A stretch of DNA of 64,000 bases from the NCBI GenBank assembly GCA_965222225.1, contig CBDCTK010000002.1:3200001-3264000 (forward strand), in the 5' to 3' direction. The position numbers were made by a program, and so were the translations under genes. Positions 21,180 through 30,379 of this stretch are shown here, piece by piece (the stretch's first letter is position 1; each line of letters begins with the position of its first letter). The notes under the pieces are model-generated. The model did not search any database. It was not told the DNA's origin and was given only the letters and a program-made list of their open reading frames with translations. This DNA comes from Candidatus Poribacteria bacterium. GTDB taxonomy: Bacteria > Poribacteria > WGA-4E > JAJDTR01.

Positions 21180-22321
21180 AATCAGTTTACGCAGACAACA
21201 ACGCCACAACCCCTGTTGCACCAGAAGTGATAGAGGCGATAATTCCATACTTCAACAACAAGTTTTACAACCCGAGCGCGATCAGTGGACGCGCATACGG
21301 TATTGATTCAGCAATCGCCAAAGCCCGTCGGAGCGTGGCGGAATCTCTAGGTGCGTCAGACGCGAAGGAAATTGTCTTTACTTCCTGTGCAACCGAAAGC
21401 AACAACTGGACGATTTTCGGGACAACTCGGGCAAATCCTGAACGCCGGCATATCATCACATCTCAAGTAGAACATCCCTCTATACTAGAAGCGTGCAAGT
21501 CTCTATGTAAGAACGGCTATGACGTTACATTTCTCAGTGTAGATTACGATGGCAATTTGAGTACGGATGAGCTACTGGACTCCATTCGTTCTGATACCCT
21601 TTTGGTCTCGTTAATGGCAGCAAACAATGAGACAGGCGTAATATTTCCGGTTGACCTCTTATCGGCTGCTGTCAAGGAACGGGATACGAACATCATATTT
21701 CACACGGATGCCACACAGTACGTCGGAAAACTGTCCGTTAATCTCAACCGAGAGTTTGAACACATCGATCTGATGTCGTTCTCCGCCCACAAATTTCATG
21801 GACCGAAGGGAATAGGCGGGCTTTTCATTCGGAAGGGGACACCGCTGCCTCCGCTCCTGTATGGAGGAAATCAAGAGAATGGTCGTCGGAGTGGCACTGA
21901 GAATGTGCCGGGAATAATTGGCTTGGCGGAAGCGTGCAAGTTAGCTGACCGCAACATCGAAAATCTGCAACGGGTCGGCGCTTTACGCGATCAATTGGAA
22001 AGAGAACTGCTTGACCTATTCCCGACTTCCTTAATTAACGGTAAGAAGGCGAACCGCTTGCCCAATACACTTAGTATCGCTTTCGAAAATAGCGATAGTG
22101 AAACACTCCTACATCAGCTTTCCCAGAGTGGGGTGTACGCCGCAAACGGTTCGGCGTGTTCCACAGGTTCGTTGGATTATTCTCACGTCCTTTCGGCGAT
22201 GCAAGTGCCGTATGATTATATTGCCGGCAGTATACGATTTAGTTTCAGTTATCTAAATTGTCCGGAGGACGTGAAAACAATCGCAGAAAAAATGAAACAG
22301 ATTTGTGGTACAGCCTTTTGA
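21176..22321 (+). CDS. sspA: Cysteine desulfurase (IscS/DndA/SspA family)
   Basis: YADNNATT, HTDATQ, SAHKFHGPKGIG (PLP lysine), GSACS; ATGA overlap with sspH. Confidence 0.9.
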   Translation: MKSVYADNNATTPVAPEVIEAIIPYFNNKFYNPSAISGRAYGIDSAIAKARRSVAESLGASDAKEIVFTSCATESNNWTIFGTTRANPERRHIITSQVEHPSILEACKSLCKNGYDVTFLSVDYDGNLSTDELLDSIRSDTLLVSLMAANNETGVIFPVDLLSAAVKERDTNIIFHTDATQYVGKLSVNLNREFEHIDLMSFSAHKFHGPKGIGGLFIRKGTPLPPLLYGGNQENGRRSGTENVPGIIGLAEACKLADRNIENLQRVGALRDQLERELLDLFPTSLINGKKANRLPNTLSIAFENSDSETLLHQLSQSGVYAANGSACSTGSLDYSHVLSAMQVPYDYIAGSIRFSFSYLNCPEDVKTIAEKMKQICGTAF

Positions 22322-22364
22322 CATCTGGGCGGCGACGAAATTAAACTCACCACTCCATACCTAC

Positions 22365-23237
22365 CTAATATTCCGCCACGCGCCGCGCTTTTATCTCTCC
22401 CCAAGTCAGAGATAGTTTATCCAACGGATCCACCGCGAGCGTCATGTGTCGCTTAGCGTCGTCTTGAGTCATGGCTATATTCCAGAAGCGAACCTCGTCA
22501 ACTGTGGCGGGAAAGAACCCGGTGCCGGTCTGTTCGGCGTGGTTCGGAATATGAATCCCAATCCAGATGTGCTTGCGTCCGCCGTCAGCCTTGTTAAGAC
22601 TTCGGTTGCGCTCGTCCTCCACGCCAACCAAACGTCCGTTGATAAAAAGCCGAATCTCTTTGGCATCTTCGTCGCGAACCGCGGCGATGTGATGCCACTC
22701 CCCGTCGTTCAGGTGAAATGTGTTGTCCGCGACAACACCCTGCGGGCCGCCACTTGTATGGGAATTCACGTTAATGTTGTAGAAAGAGAGGTTGTTGCCG
22801 TTTTGCAGGAACATAGACCAATGACCGTGAAAGTGTTCCTCAGGCCCATATCCCCCGAAAACCAGATATCCGCGTAGTCGTTTGACCGGCTGCTCGACCG
22901 CAATTTCCGGGCCCACGGCTTTAGTTTTGAACCAAAGTTCCGCAGTGAAGGAGTTTCTCTCCGCCTCAATCATCTCGGGAGTGAGTTCAATCTGCAGGTA
23001 CCCGCTTTCACCATCCAGTTCCAGCGCTTTGCCGCGAAGACCCGGAACAATCTTTGCGCCCCCGTTGATGACCCCACCCTTCGTTTTTCCGGTCAAATCC
23101 CGCGCGACCTTCCCGTCGCCACTGTCGAAAGAAAGATAAAGCAGCAAGTTCTCATTCACGGCTTTAACAGACGATACCGAGGCTACCAAGCATATGCAGG
23201 CGCCCATTGCGATGGCGAGGTTGTTTGTTACTCTCAT
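22365..23237 (-). CDS. Secreted LamG-like domain protein, paralogue of 2877..3761
   Basis: Shares ARDLTGKT.GG.I.GG.KI, LTPE.IEAER.SFTAELW and NDGEWHHIA.VRDE with the left copy; ends AVDPLDKLSLTWGEIK. Confidence 0.85.
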   Translation of the reverse strand: MRVTNNLAIAMGACICLVASVSSVKAVNENLLLYLSFDSGDGKVARDLTGKTKGGVINGGAKIVPGLRGKALELDGESGYLQIELTPEMIEAERNSFTAELWFKTKAVGPEIAVEQPVKRLRGYLVFGGYGPEEHFHGHWSMFLQNGNNLSFYNINVNSHTSGGPQGVVADNTFHLNDGEWHHIAAVRDEDAKEIRLFINGRLVGVEDERNRSLNKADGGRKHIWIGIHIPNHAEQTGTGFFPATVDEVRFWNIAMTQDDAKRHMTLAVDPLDKLSLTWGEIKARRVAEY

Positions 23238-23380
23238 GAATTCCTCCCCGGTCGGTCAATCCTCACGGTCCGGTTTCTGATTCTGTAGGTTCCCGCCGTC
23301 AAGTTAACCAATATCCTAGCGATATCTACTTAACGTGTCAAGGAAGATGTTCAAACCCAAGGCAATAACGACGTTTACCT

Positions 23381-25294
23381 CTACATCGTGCCGCCGAAGA
23401 ATATGAACCGATGCATAATATCGCCGATTATCGTCCAGATGCTCCCCACGACGTATTCCCCCAAAATGAGTCCCAAGAATAGAGGTCGCGCGCGGCGGTA
23501 CTGTCCAACCCCGCCGTACCTTATCAGTAACCACTTCATCGCGAAGCCGATAAACATGGAGAACCAGAAGTGGTTGATGTCTAGGCTGTTCGCTATCGCA
23601 TACCCACCCGGGTGCAGCCGCCACCAGAGGAACCGCTGGCGCATGGCAATCAGAAAGACTGAAACGCCAAAACCGATGCCTATGGTCTGTATACCTGAAA
23701 TCTCGATTTTTTTGGAGGGATAGGCGATCCAGTCTGCCACCCGCGTGTAGATAACATCGGCGAACCGTTGCAGGGAGCTGCCGCCCGAAGTGTAAGCCAC
23801 ATGCAGATAAACCCAGAACAGACTGAGTGTGCCGACAACCAACGCGGCTGTCATAGCCAGAAATATCCGCTTGTTGCCTACCCCGGCACGGTCAAGCAGC
23901 GCCAATCCCTCCATCTGATGCGGCTGCGGATGCCCCCGGTACGTGAAGTTGAAGAACCCCAGCATCGACATCACCGTTAAATTTCGATACCCTATACGGC
24001 GCGCCCCAAGAACATCGGGCAGAATCTGATCCGGTCCAGTGAAATGGAAGTCGTGCATGGGGACCCCCATCTCGGCTCGAAATCGGGTTAATCCAAGGGA
24101 CACCAGATAGTAGAGCAGAAAGAAAGTGAGGCTCAACCAGATCGCCATTCCCGCCTTCCACAGGAACAGGGTCATAAATCCAATCCCCAGAACTATGGTC
24201 AATACCGCTTTACGATAATTCGCTTGCTCCTCGGAATCAATTCCGGATGCACGCCTGAACATAACATTGAAGTATTTTCTGTTCACCCAGATTGCAATCA
24301 CCGCCATTCCGACCAATGCGCCGAACGACTGCTGATTGAGCGAAACCAGATACCCGGTATACGCAACACGCCGCGCGCCCAGCATTTCCGCGACAATCCG
24401 TTGCACCTTGCTCAGAAAGAAAAAGAATGCGCAAGAGAACGACATATCTAACGGCATGAAGAATCCCAAGCCAATGACGGGAAAGGCGAATCCGAGTTGT
24501 AGACTGCCGATGGCGCTCCACGGCTTGGTCGTGAAAAAATTGGACAATTCGTTTTCGTACGGATGGATACGTAGCCTCGGAACAGCAGGGTAGAGCGAAG
24601 CCAAACCGTTAATCAGCGCTATTCCGCCAGAGATGCCGAAGCCAATCCATAATAACCGACTCTTCAAAATGGGAGTTCTGGGATTCGTTATCTCAAGCGG
24701 CAACTGAATAATCGGATAGGATAGCCTCTCATTTTCCACCCACGGACGTCTGAACAACACGGCGATAGCGCCCATCACCAAGACCAACATCACGACAAAT
24801 GCCGACCAGCACAAGGCGGGGATGAGCCAGGGTTCAATGTGTTGCTTGATGTATAGCGTGGATTCTCCCCGATAGTAGGTTTGTAGCACGCCTTTATCGC
24901 TCACCGATAACCACGATGGAATATATCGGGCGAACAGGTTCTGCCAGTCGTTCTCCCGTGAGGCAACTCGAAAGGGATATTCCATGACCGGCACCAGCGT
25001 TTGCATCATCTGAAACGATTGTATCGCCGAGGTCAGGCTTAACATAATGTAAATGGTTATCAATTCCCCGTGCGTTAGAGACAGCCGCGGCGCAAACTTC
25101 GCCATTGGACGGTTAAACAGGGCTAACACAAACACGATGAACACAACATTAAAGAATGGGGAGATGATAGTGGGAATTGACTGGTACTGATAGGGTTGGC
25201 GGGAGATGACTAACCAATAACAGTTAATCGGGATAAGGATCATCCCGATTAAGATGATCCGAAGTGAAATTCCTGGCGGCTGGCTTTGTTTCAA
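23381..25294 (-). CDS. Polytopic membrane protein, DUF6785/DUF6784-like (putative transporter)
   Basis: Many TM segments; WVENERLSYPI, RFRAEMG, PQPHQMEG, WWRLHPGGY, RYGGVGQYRRARPLFLGLILG. Confidence 0.75.
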   Translation of the reverse strand: MKQSQPPGISLRIILIGMILIPINCYWLVISRQPYQYQSIPTIISPFFNVVFIVFVLALFNRPMAKFAPRLSLTHGELITIYIMLSLTSAIQSFQMMQTLVPVMEYPFRVASRENDWQNLFARYIPSWLSVSDKGVLQTYYRGESTLYIKQHIEPWLIPALCWSAFVVMLVLVMGAIAVLFRRPWVENERLSYPIIQLPLEITNPRTPILKSRLLWIGFGISGGIALINGLASLYPAVPRLRIHPYENELSNFFTTKPWSAIGSLQLGFAFPVIGLGFFMPLDMSFSCAFFFFLSKVQRIVAEMLGARRVAYTGYLVSLNQQSFGALVGMAVIAIWVNRKYFNVMFRRASGIDSEEQANYRKAVLTIVLGIGFMTLFLWKAGMAIWLSLTFFLLYYLVSLGLTRFRAEMGVPMHDFHFTGPDQILPDVLGARRIGYRNLTVMSMLGFFNFTYRGHPQPHQMEGLALLDRAGVGNKRIFLAMTAALVVGTLSLFWVYLHVAYTSGGSSLQRFADVIYTRVADWIAYPSKKIEISGIQTIGIGFGVSVFLIAMRQRFLWWRLHPGGYAIANSLDINHFWFSMFIGFAMKWLLIRYGGVGQYRRARPLFLGLILGEYVVGSIWTIIGDIMHRFIFFGGTM

Positions 25295-25349
25295 GACATT
25301 CCTTTTACGGTTTATGGCACGAATTCTCGATTATCAGATCGAAGTTCTT

Positions 25350-25371
25350 GTAGGGTGGGCACTGCCCACCA
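25350..25371 (+). repeat. GTAG-type REP-like palindrome
   Basis: GTAGGGTGGGCACTGCCCACCA. Confidence 0.8.
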
Positions 25372-25458
25372 TTCCCGGTTGAGTTCATACTAATACCATT
25401 TCTATATATTTTCAGTGCATAAATTGCGTCAATCAAGTCGTTCCAAGGCAGGGCAAGG

Positions 25459-25508
25459 GGATCTCTATCGCGGTCGTTATCCACTCCCTTGATCTATTCG
25501 CTCAGTTT
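25459..25508 (-). mobile_element. Micro-element inserted into the left half of another copy
   Basis: Minus strand AA CT GA GC GAATA G[ATCAA GG GA GT GGATA AC GA CC GCGATAG AGATCC]C. Confidence 0.7.
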
Positions 25509-25565
25509 GCGCATCACGAGCACAATCTAACAGATTATGCTACAAAGGCGGCAACTTGGGTTATC

Positions 25566-25665
25566 TAACAAGTGAACGCCAATGTTCATTTTTTGTGCAA
25601 GAGGGGCGTTGGCAGATCTCGCAACAGTGCCTGTGTCTTACAAATCTGGTAGAGCACCAGTGCTG
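25566..25665. repeat. ~100 bp dispersed repeat, copy 1
   Basis: taacaagtgaacg.caatgttcat...ggggcgttggcag.tctcgc.acagtgcctg...tacaaatctggtagagcaccagtgctg recurs at 31774..31872. Confidence 0.8.
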
Positions 25666-25736
25666 ACCTACCCTCCTGCTGGTAATACCATTTCTTACAG
25701 TGATAGGGTATCAATGATGTGAATTTCAGAAAAAAA

Positions 25737-25801
25737 GCTATCGCCTTCGCTATGGGATCTTCTATCGCGTTCGTTATTCACTCACTTGATCTCAGTTGAT
25801 C
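25737..25801 (-). mobile_element. Nested micro-element pair
   Basis: Minus strand G ATCAA CT GA G[ATCAA GT GA GT GAATA AC GA AC GCGATAG AAGATCC]C ATA GC GA AG GCGATAG. Confidence 0.75.
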
Positions 25802-25857
25802 GGTTTTGGGGCAGATGGTTCTACTTTTTTAGGCTAATATAACAAAAATTTTTTAGA

Positions 25858-25886
25858 TTGATAACTTAACGTATGTGTGGTATATT
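25858..25886 (+). promoter_or_regulatory. Sigma70-like promoter, copy 1 of a duplicated promoter
   Basis: TTGATA-17 nt-TATATT; flanks match 26585-26620 (ttttagattga.aacttaac). Confidence 0.5.
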
Positions 25887-26093
25887 TTAGTAGAATTCAA
25901 GCGGTTATGCGAGAAAATTGACGCTTGCGAGATTTCGATAGGAGAAAAAGGCTATAGACAATTTGGATAGTTTGCCACAACAGCCTACCGAAAGACAATA
26001 TGTTTCTGTGTTGCTATCCCACAATGTACTGGCGGCATAGGCACTCAAAAACGGAGGTGCCCGCTTGCAGGATAATATTGGAGTCATTGGATT

Positions 26094-26384
26094 ATGACCG
26101 AGGAAAAAGATGTTGGCTTAAAGCAATGGGTACGCGAGATAGATAAAAAGGTGGATAACATACTTGAATTCATGCACAAGATGGAAGTCCATCTCGACTA
26201 CACATCCAAGCGTATCGATACCCAGTGCGAAAAGTTGGCAATTCAGGACAATCGGCTTAAAGCGGTCGAGGACGAAATCCAAAAGCACAAGGGGGAGCTC
26301 ACGATGCTCAAGTGGATTTTGTCCGGGATTGGCGTAATTGTGGCGGCGGCGGTTCCGATTGTTATGATAGCAAAAGGTGGTTAA
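26094..26384 (+). CDS. Small coiled-coil protein with C-terminal TM helix (XhlA/holin-like architecture)
   Basis: 96 aa; heptad-rich region followed by WILSGIGVIVAAAVPIVMIA. Confidence 0.55.
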   Translation: MTEEKDVGLKQWVREIDKKVDNILEFMHKMEVHLDYTSKRIDTQCEKLAIQDNRLKAVEDEIQKHKGELTMLKWILSGIGVIVAAAVPIVMIAKGG

Positions 26385-26477
26385 TAAAAAGAATAAACAT
26401 CTTTCCATAATGTCCCGGAACCCGACGGCATTACAGACAACCTCGTTGATCGCGGCTTGGACTTGGCAATACAAGCC

Positions 26478-26544
26478 AATCAGTCGACCAGATAGGAAGG
26501 GATCAACTGAACGAATAGTGAAGGCGATAGCAAATCATAGTCTC
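26478..26544 (+). mobile_element. Nested micro-element pair
   Basis: AATCAG TC GA CC AGATA GG AA GG G[ATCAA CT GA AC GAATA GT GA AG GCGATAG CAAATC]ATAG TCTC. Confidence 0.7.
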
Positions 26545-26591
26545 GATGAAAGTTACTATGAGAGTTTTATATATTTTTGATAATTTTTAGA

Positions 26592-26620
26592 TTGACAACT
26601 TAACATATATATACTATACT
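26592..26620 (+). promoter_or_regulatory. Near-consensus sigma70 promoter
   Basis: TTGACA-17 nt-TATACT in an AT-rich stretch. Confidence 0.6.
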
Positions 26621-26957
26621 TATGTATAGTATATTTTGGTAGTAGTTGATACTTCCGAAGTGATGGTTCCAAATTCTGTGTTTTTCATTTAGAGCTTGTT
26701 TCAAATGTACAAAGTCCAGCCAAGATGATGTCGACGAAATGGAGTCCAGCGGTTAAGTACCAGCAAAGTATGCGGCACAGTGCGAAAAGCAAGGCGGCAT
26801 TCTGCTTCAGTTTCAAGTAGATTCCTTTAGCATGTTTCATTTCAGAGCAATTTGCCGAATACCTTTCATGCTGTTTTATCCGCTACCCTATAAAGGGTGG
26901 CAATTTCAACCACGTAGCCTACATTGTAGGCTACGACTACCATAAGGAGGCAGCACA

Positions 26958-27203
26958 ATGCCAAACTCAGTTCACCCCGACTACCACGACAAGTGGCAAG
27001 GAAGTTGCGCGGTTGTAGGTATCTACCACACGAGCAACTCACCGGGAGAAATAACCGTGTACTCAACGCACACGTTTAATCTCTATAATAACACGACCAA
27101 GAAGCAGACGTTCAACTGCGAGTATAGTCATAAAAGGTTCGCCGCGGGCACTGAGAAACGGACACTACGACATAAACGAACGACTTCACCTAATGTTCAG
27201 TAA
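26958..27203 (+). CDS. Hypothetical protein (possibly a remnant)
   Basis: Perfect RBS TAAGGAGG before the ATG; 81 aa; no recognised family. Confidence 0.4.
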   Translation: MPNSVHPDYHDKWQGSCAVVGIYHTSNSPGEITVYSTHTFNLYNNTTKKQTFNCEYSHKRFAAGTEKRTLRHKRTTSPNVQ

Positions 27204-27362
27204 GGAATTATTGAAGCGAAACCAACGCGTATTCCTGGAAATACGTGGTACCGCCGACACTCGAAATCATGATGCCCCTAAACACGTTAATTGAATGGAA
27301 GTTTCTCATGTAAATGTTCAGCTACCAAATCTTTGCCCCCACCTTTCTTAGGAGACCACTGC

Positions 27363-27758
27363 ATGAAACGTCTATTCATTCAATCCCACTGTACCATGCT
27401 TAATCTAGACCACGTAAGTTCCATCCGAATTGAACCCGAATATATCAGGCCTGAATCCGGGGGTTATCGCGATCCCGGGGAACGCCAACGCACCGATTAC
27501 TACGTCGTTCACGCCGAAAACGTAGCTATATATCGATCGCGCATAGAGCAAAAGTGCGAAGAGTTTATGATGCGCCTCGGCAACGCCGTCTGCCGATCGC
27601 CTGCAGATGCGGTCATCATAGCCACAATCAATGGCAAATTCATGTACCGCGCGCCATCTGACAAGATTGTGCTAATCCCCGACGAACAGTTTCATGCGGA
27701 AATGGAACAGATCGCGACGTATGCCGAGTTGCCGGACGAGTTAGGACCGGAAGATTAA
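27363..27758 (+). CDS. Hypothetical protein
   Basis: AGGAG RBS before ATG 27363 (MKRLFIQ...); next ORF starts 6 bp after the stop. Confidence 0.5.
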   Translation: MKRLFIQSHCTMLNLDHVSSIRIEPEYIRPESGGYRDPGERQRTDYYVVHAENVAIYRSRIEQKCEEFMMRLGNAVCRSPADAVIIATINGKFMYRAPSDKIVLIPDEQFHAEMEQIATYAELPDELGPED

Positions 27759-27764
27759 AGAGCA

Positions 27765-28091
27765 ATGAACCCAATCATCGACATCCCGGCAGAGGAGACC
27801 TACTCCATCCCGGACATCGTCGACCGCCTCGTCCCCCTGGTCGACGGCGTCGCACACCACCGCGCAGAAAGCGAGCTCCGCTATTCCGCCAGCGACATCT
27901 ACTGGTTGCTCCGGGACATGTTGAAGCGGGCGAACAAAGACATCGAAGGCGAGTTCTACATGCAAAGACTCAAAAAAGGAGACTGGCGGCTCGCCTATCG
28001 CCGCAGAACAGCCGACGAACAGAAAGCCGATATGCGCCACAAACGCCAAGTCGACGACACAAAGAAGCTAATCGAACGCCTGAAGTTTTGA
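27765..28091 (+). CDS. Hypothetical protein
   Basis: 108 aa, GC3-rich codons, operonic spacing. Confidence 0.5.
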   Translation: MNPIIDIPAEETYSIPDIVDRLVPLVDGVAHHRAESELRYSASDIYWLLRDMLKRANKDIEGEFYMQRLKKGDWRLAYRRRTADEQKADMRHKRQVDDTKKLIERLKF

Positions 28092-28309
28092 AAGGAGGGG
28101 ATGCGTTATGCCTGTCTAGTGCGTTGTTTTCTTAGGGATATGCCCGACATGTAACAGCCTCGGCGAATCCACACGCCGGGGCTTCTTCGCAAATTGACAT
28201 TCTGCGGAAAAACCCCGTCTATTTGCGAAAAAATAGCCTGAGTTGCACCCTATGCCGCGATGAAAGCGGACTGAAAGTAACACGAACACCAGAAGGAGTG
28301 GTTTAATCA

Positions 28310-29161
28310 ATGAGAAAATTGTTGTGCGTTTCACTCGCTTTGCTCATCATATCGTTGTCCAACCTGTATGCCGCTTGGACCAGAGAATTCCAAGAGGGCT
28401 ACCAACTGTTGAAAGCCCTCGAAATGAATCAACTCGTCGTTGTCGGCCGCGTGTCCGGTATCGAGTATCTTACCCGTTCAAATATAAGGGGTAGCCATAC
28501 CACCGATGTTACCGTGACCGTGGACGAGACGCTCAAAGGCAGTCCGAACCTCGGCACGGATCGTGTCAAATTTATGATTAAGGGCGGTGTGGGAATCGAC
28601 ACGTTAACCGGAGAACCGATCCGCCTAAACGTTAGCTTCCAGCCCCACTTTAAACTCGGGGAGCGTGTCCTGCTCTTCCTTACCAACTCTGCCTCTAGAG
28701 ACCCCGATGCCGCCAATTACCCCCATGGTCGATACCGACTGGTGCGAGGTAAATTCGGCAAACGCCTCGTCGTCAACGGTAAGGTGTACATGCGCTATCT
28801 GGACAGCGACACCGGCAATACGCTGAAAGCTGTGGAATTGCCTCTCGATATGGCGGTAGACCTGGCAAAGGCGTTTAAGCGGGATAAAGACGCAGCCATC
28901 CTGCTCGAGAACAGCATAAAAGCGTTGGCGAAAAGCGCGGCAGATGATTTGGTCACGCTCGACTCCACCACCATCCAGAACATCAAAAGCGGCGCCAAAC
29001 AGATTCTCGATCGACCCGAAGGAGGGAATTACCATGTTCCGAACCATCGCTTTCACACTAATAGCCATCGCGATCTCGTGCGGCCTCGTATGGGCAACCT
29101 GTCACAACACGCCCGACTGTGCGGATTTAATCAACCACCTCGTTTCCGGCGACTATTTTGA
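28310..29161 (+). CDS. Secreted hypothetical protein (3' end uncertain)
   Basis: AAGGAG RBS and signal peptide; the last ~40 codons overlap the next gene, so the real stop may be near 29030. Confidence 0.6.
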   Translation: MRKLLCVSLALLIISLSNLYAAWTREFQEGYQLLKALEMNQLVVVGRVSGIEYLTRSNIRGSHTTDVTVTVDETLKGSPNLGTDRVKFMIKGGVGIDTLTGEPIRLNVSFQPHFKLGERVLLFLTNSASRDPDAANYPHGRYRLVRGKFGKRLVVNGKVYMRYLDSDTGNTLKAVELPLDMAVDLAKAFKRDKDAAILLENSIKALAKSAADDLVTLDSTTIQNIKSGAKQILDRPEGGNYHVPNHRFHTNSHRDLVRPRMGNLSQHARLCGFNQPPRFRRLF

Positions 29162-29594
29162 CGAGTCTAACAGCAATACCATAGACTACAATGTCAACAC
29201 AACGTACCACGCGGAAATGCCTAATTTAACCGCCGATGTGGACGTGGCGGCCGCGACGTGGTCCGAAGCCGAGCACACCGGACAAGAGATAGATTTTAAT
29301 CTCAATAACGCAGGTACCACAACTCAGCACGCCCACGTTCGAGATAATCGAAATGTGATCGCCTATGGCGGCACACTGCCAAGTGGATGGGCCGCCGGCG
29401 TCTATACCTGGATACAGAACGACGTCATCCTGGAAGCGGATATGATGTTCAATTACTATCTGGATTTCGAACTGCATCCGGATTGGCAGCAAGGCGATGT
29501 ATGCATCCGCAACGTGGCAACCCACGAATTCGGACACTTCGTCCACCTGCTCGATTTGGCCCGGGTTGCCATAGTTCACCCGGATAGGTCTTGA
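29034..29594 (+). pseudogene. Matrixin-like secreted Zn metalloprotease, C-terminally truncated
   Basis: GGAGG RBS, signal peptide, EADMMFN, VATHEFGH; fused to IS630 sequence just after HLLDL. Confidence 0.65.
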
Positions 29595-30297
29595 CTGCAA
29601 TTGGCCCCATTTCATCAATGCAAATTGTTCGCGTGTCCGGTGGAGGCGCGATGTACGCCGAAATTATGGCCCCCTTTTTTCCACGAACTGTTCGTCCTGT
29701 TTTTCCGCATTATGAAACCAACTCTGCTGACGTTTCCAATTCAGCCCTTCTTCAGTTATCCAGCTCCATATTGTTGAATCGGAGAGATGAATCCCTTCTC
29801 TTTCTTTGAAGCTAATTTGCAGACGTTCTAGCGTCCACAACTCAAATGGATAATCCAGACTCGACGGTCTTTGCATCGCTAAATCAATCAGTTTACTGCG
29901 AACCTCTATCGAATGCGTTTTCGGTGCGCCGCTCCGGGGTTTATCAGCAAGTCCTTCAATGCCTTCGTCGTTGAAGGGATTTTCTATCGCGCTCCTTATT
30001 CAGTCGCTTGATCGCTTAATCCATTGCGCTCCGGAAACCCCCGTTTGAATCCAGCTTGTAGGGCGGCTTTGGAACTCGTTAGTTGGTTGTCATCAATCAT
30101 ATTGACGATGAGTTGAGCTCTTTGGACGAGCTGGTGAGATTGGGTACGTGAGTTAGCTAGAGTCCTAAGTTGGTGTTCTTCTGTTTCACTAACCGTACGA
30201 ACATAATGAACTCGTTTTCCCATTATGAATTCTCCTTTCCATTTCGGTTGAATGGGCAGGAGAATTATATCATAATTACTTGCCGAGAGAACCACTA
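29548..30297 (-). mobile_element. IS630-family transposase remnant
   Basis: Reconstructed MGKRVHY...QRAQLI...[22 protein letters not shown]...WTLERL...EK(A6G slippery site at 29674-29680)GAII...ICIDEMGP; TA end at 30296-30297; remainder of the DDE domain missing. Confidence 0.85.
29977..30012 (-). mobile_element. Single 36-nt micro-element inserted in the IS630 ORF
   Basis: AAGCG[ATCAA GC GA CT GAATA AG GA GC GCGATAG AAAATCC]CTTCAAC; removal restores W-I-K-R-F-N-D-E-G. Confidence 0.85.
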
Positions 30298-30379
30298 AGT
30301 ATCCAGCCGAAAATTAGAAGGTCACGTGCCATGATGTTACTCCAACTTAAAAATGTCCGATAACAAACCGTATCGGACG

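Noticed and set aside
3807-22324. tttgacat at 3807 and 22317 as att or target duplication of the island
   Set aside because: Only 8 bp, the right copy overlaps the sspA stop codon, and there is no integrase; compatible with chance.
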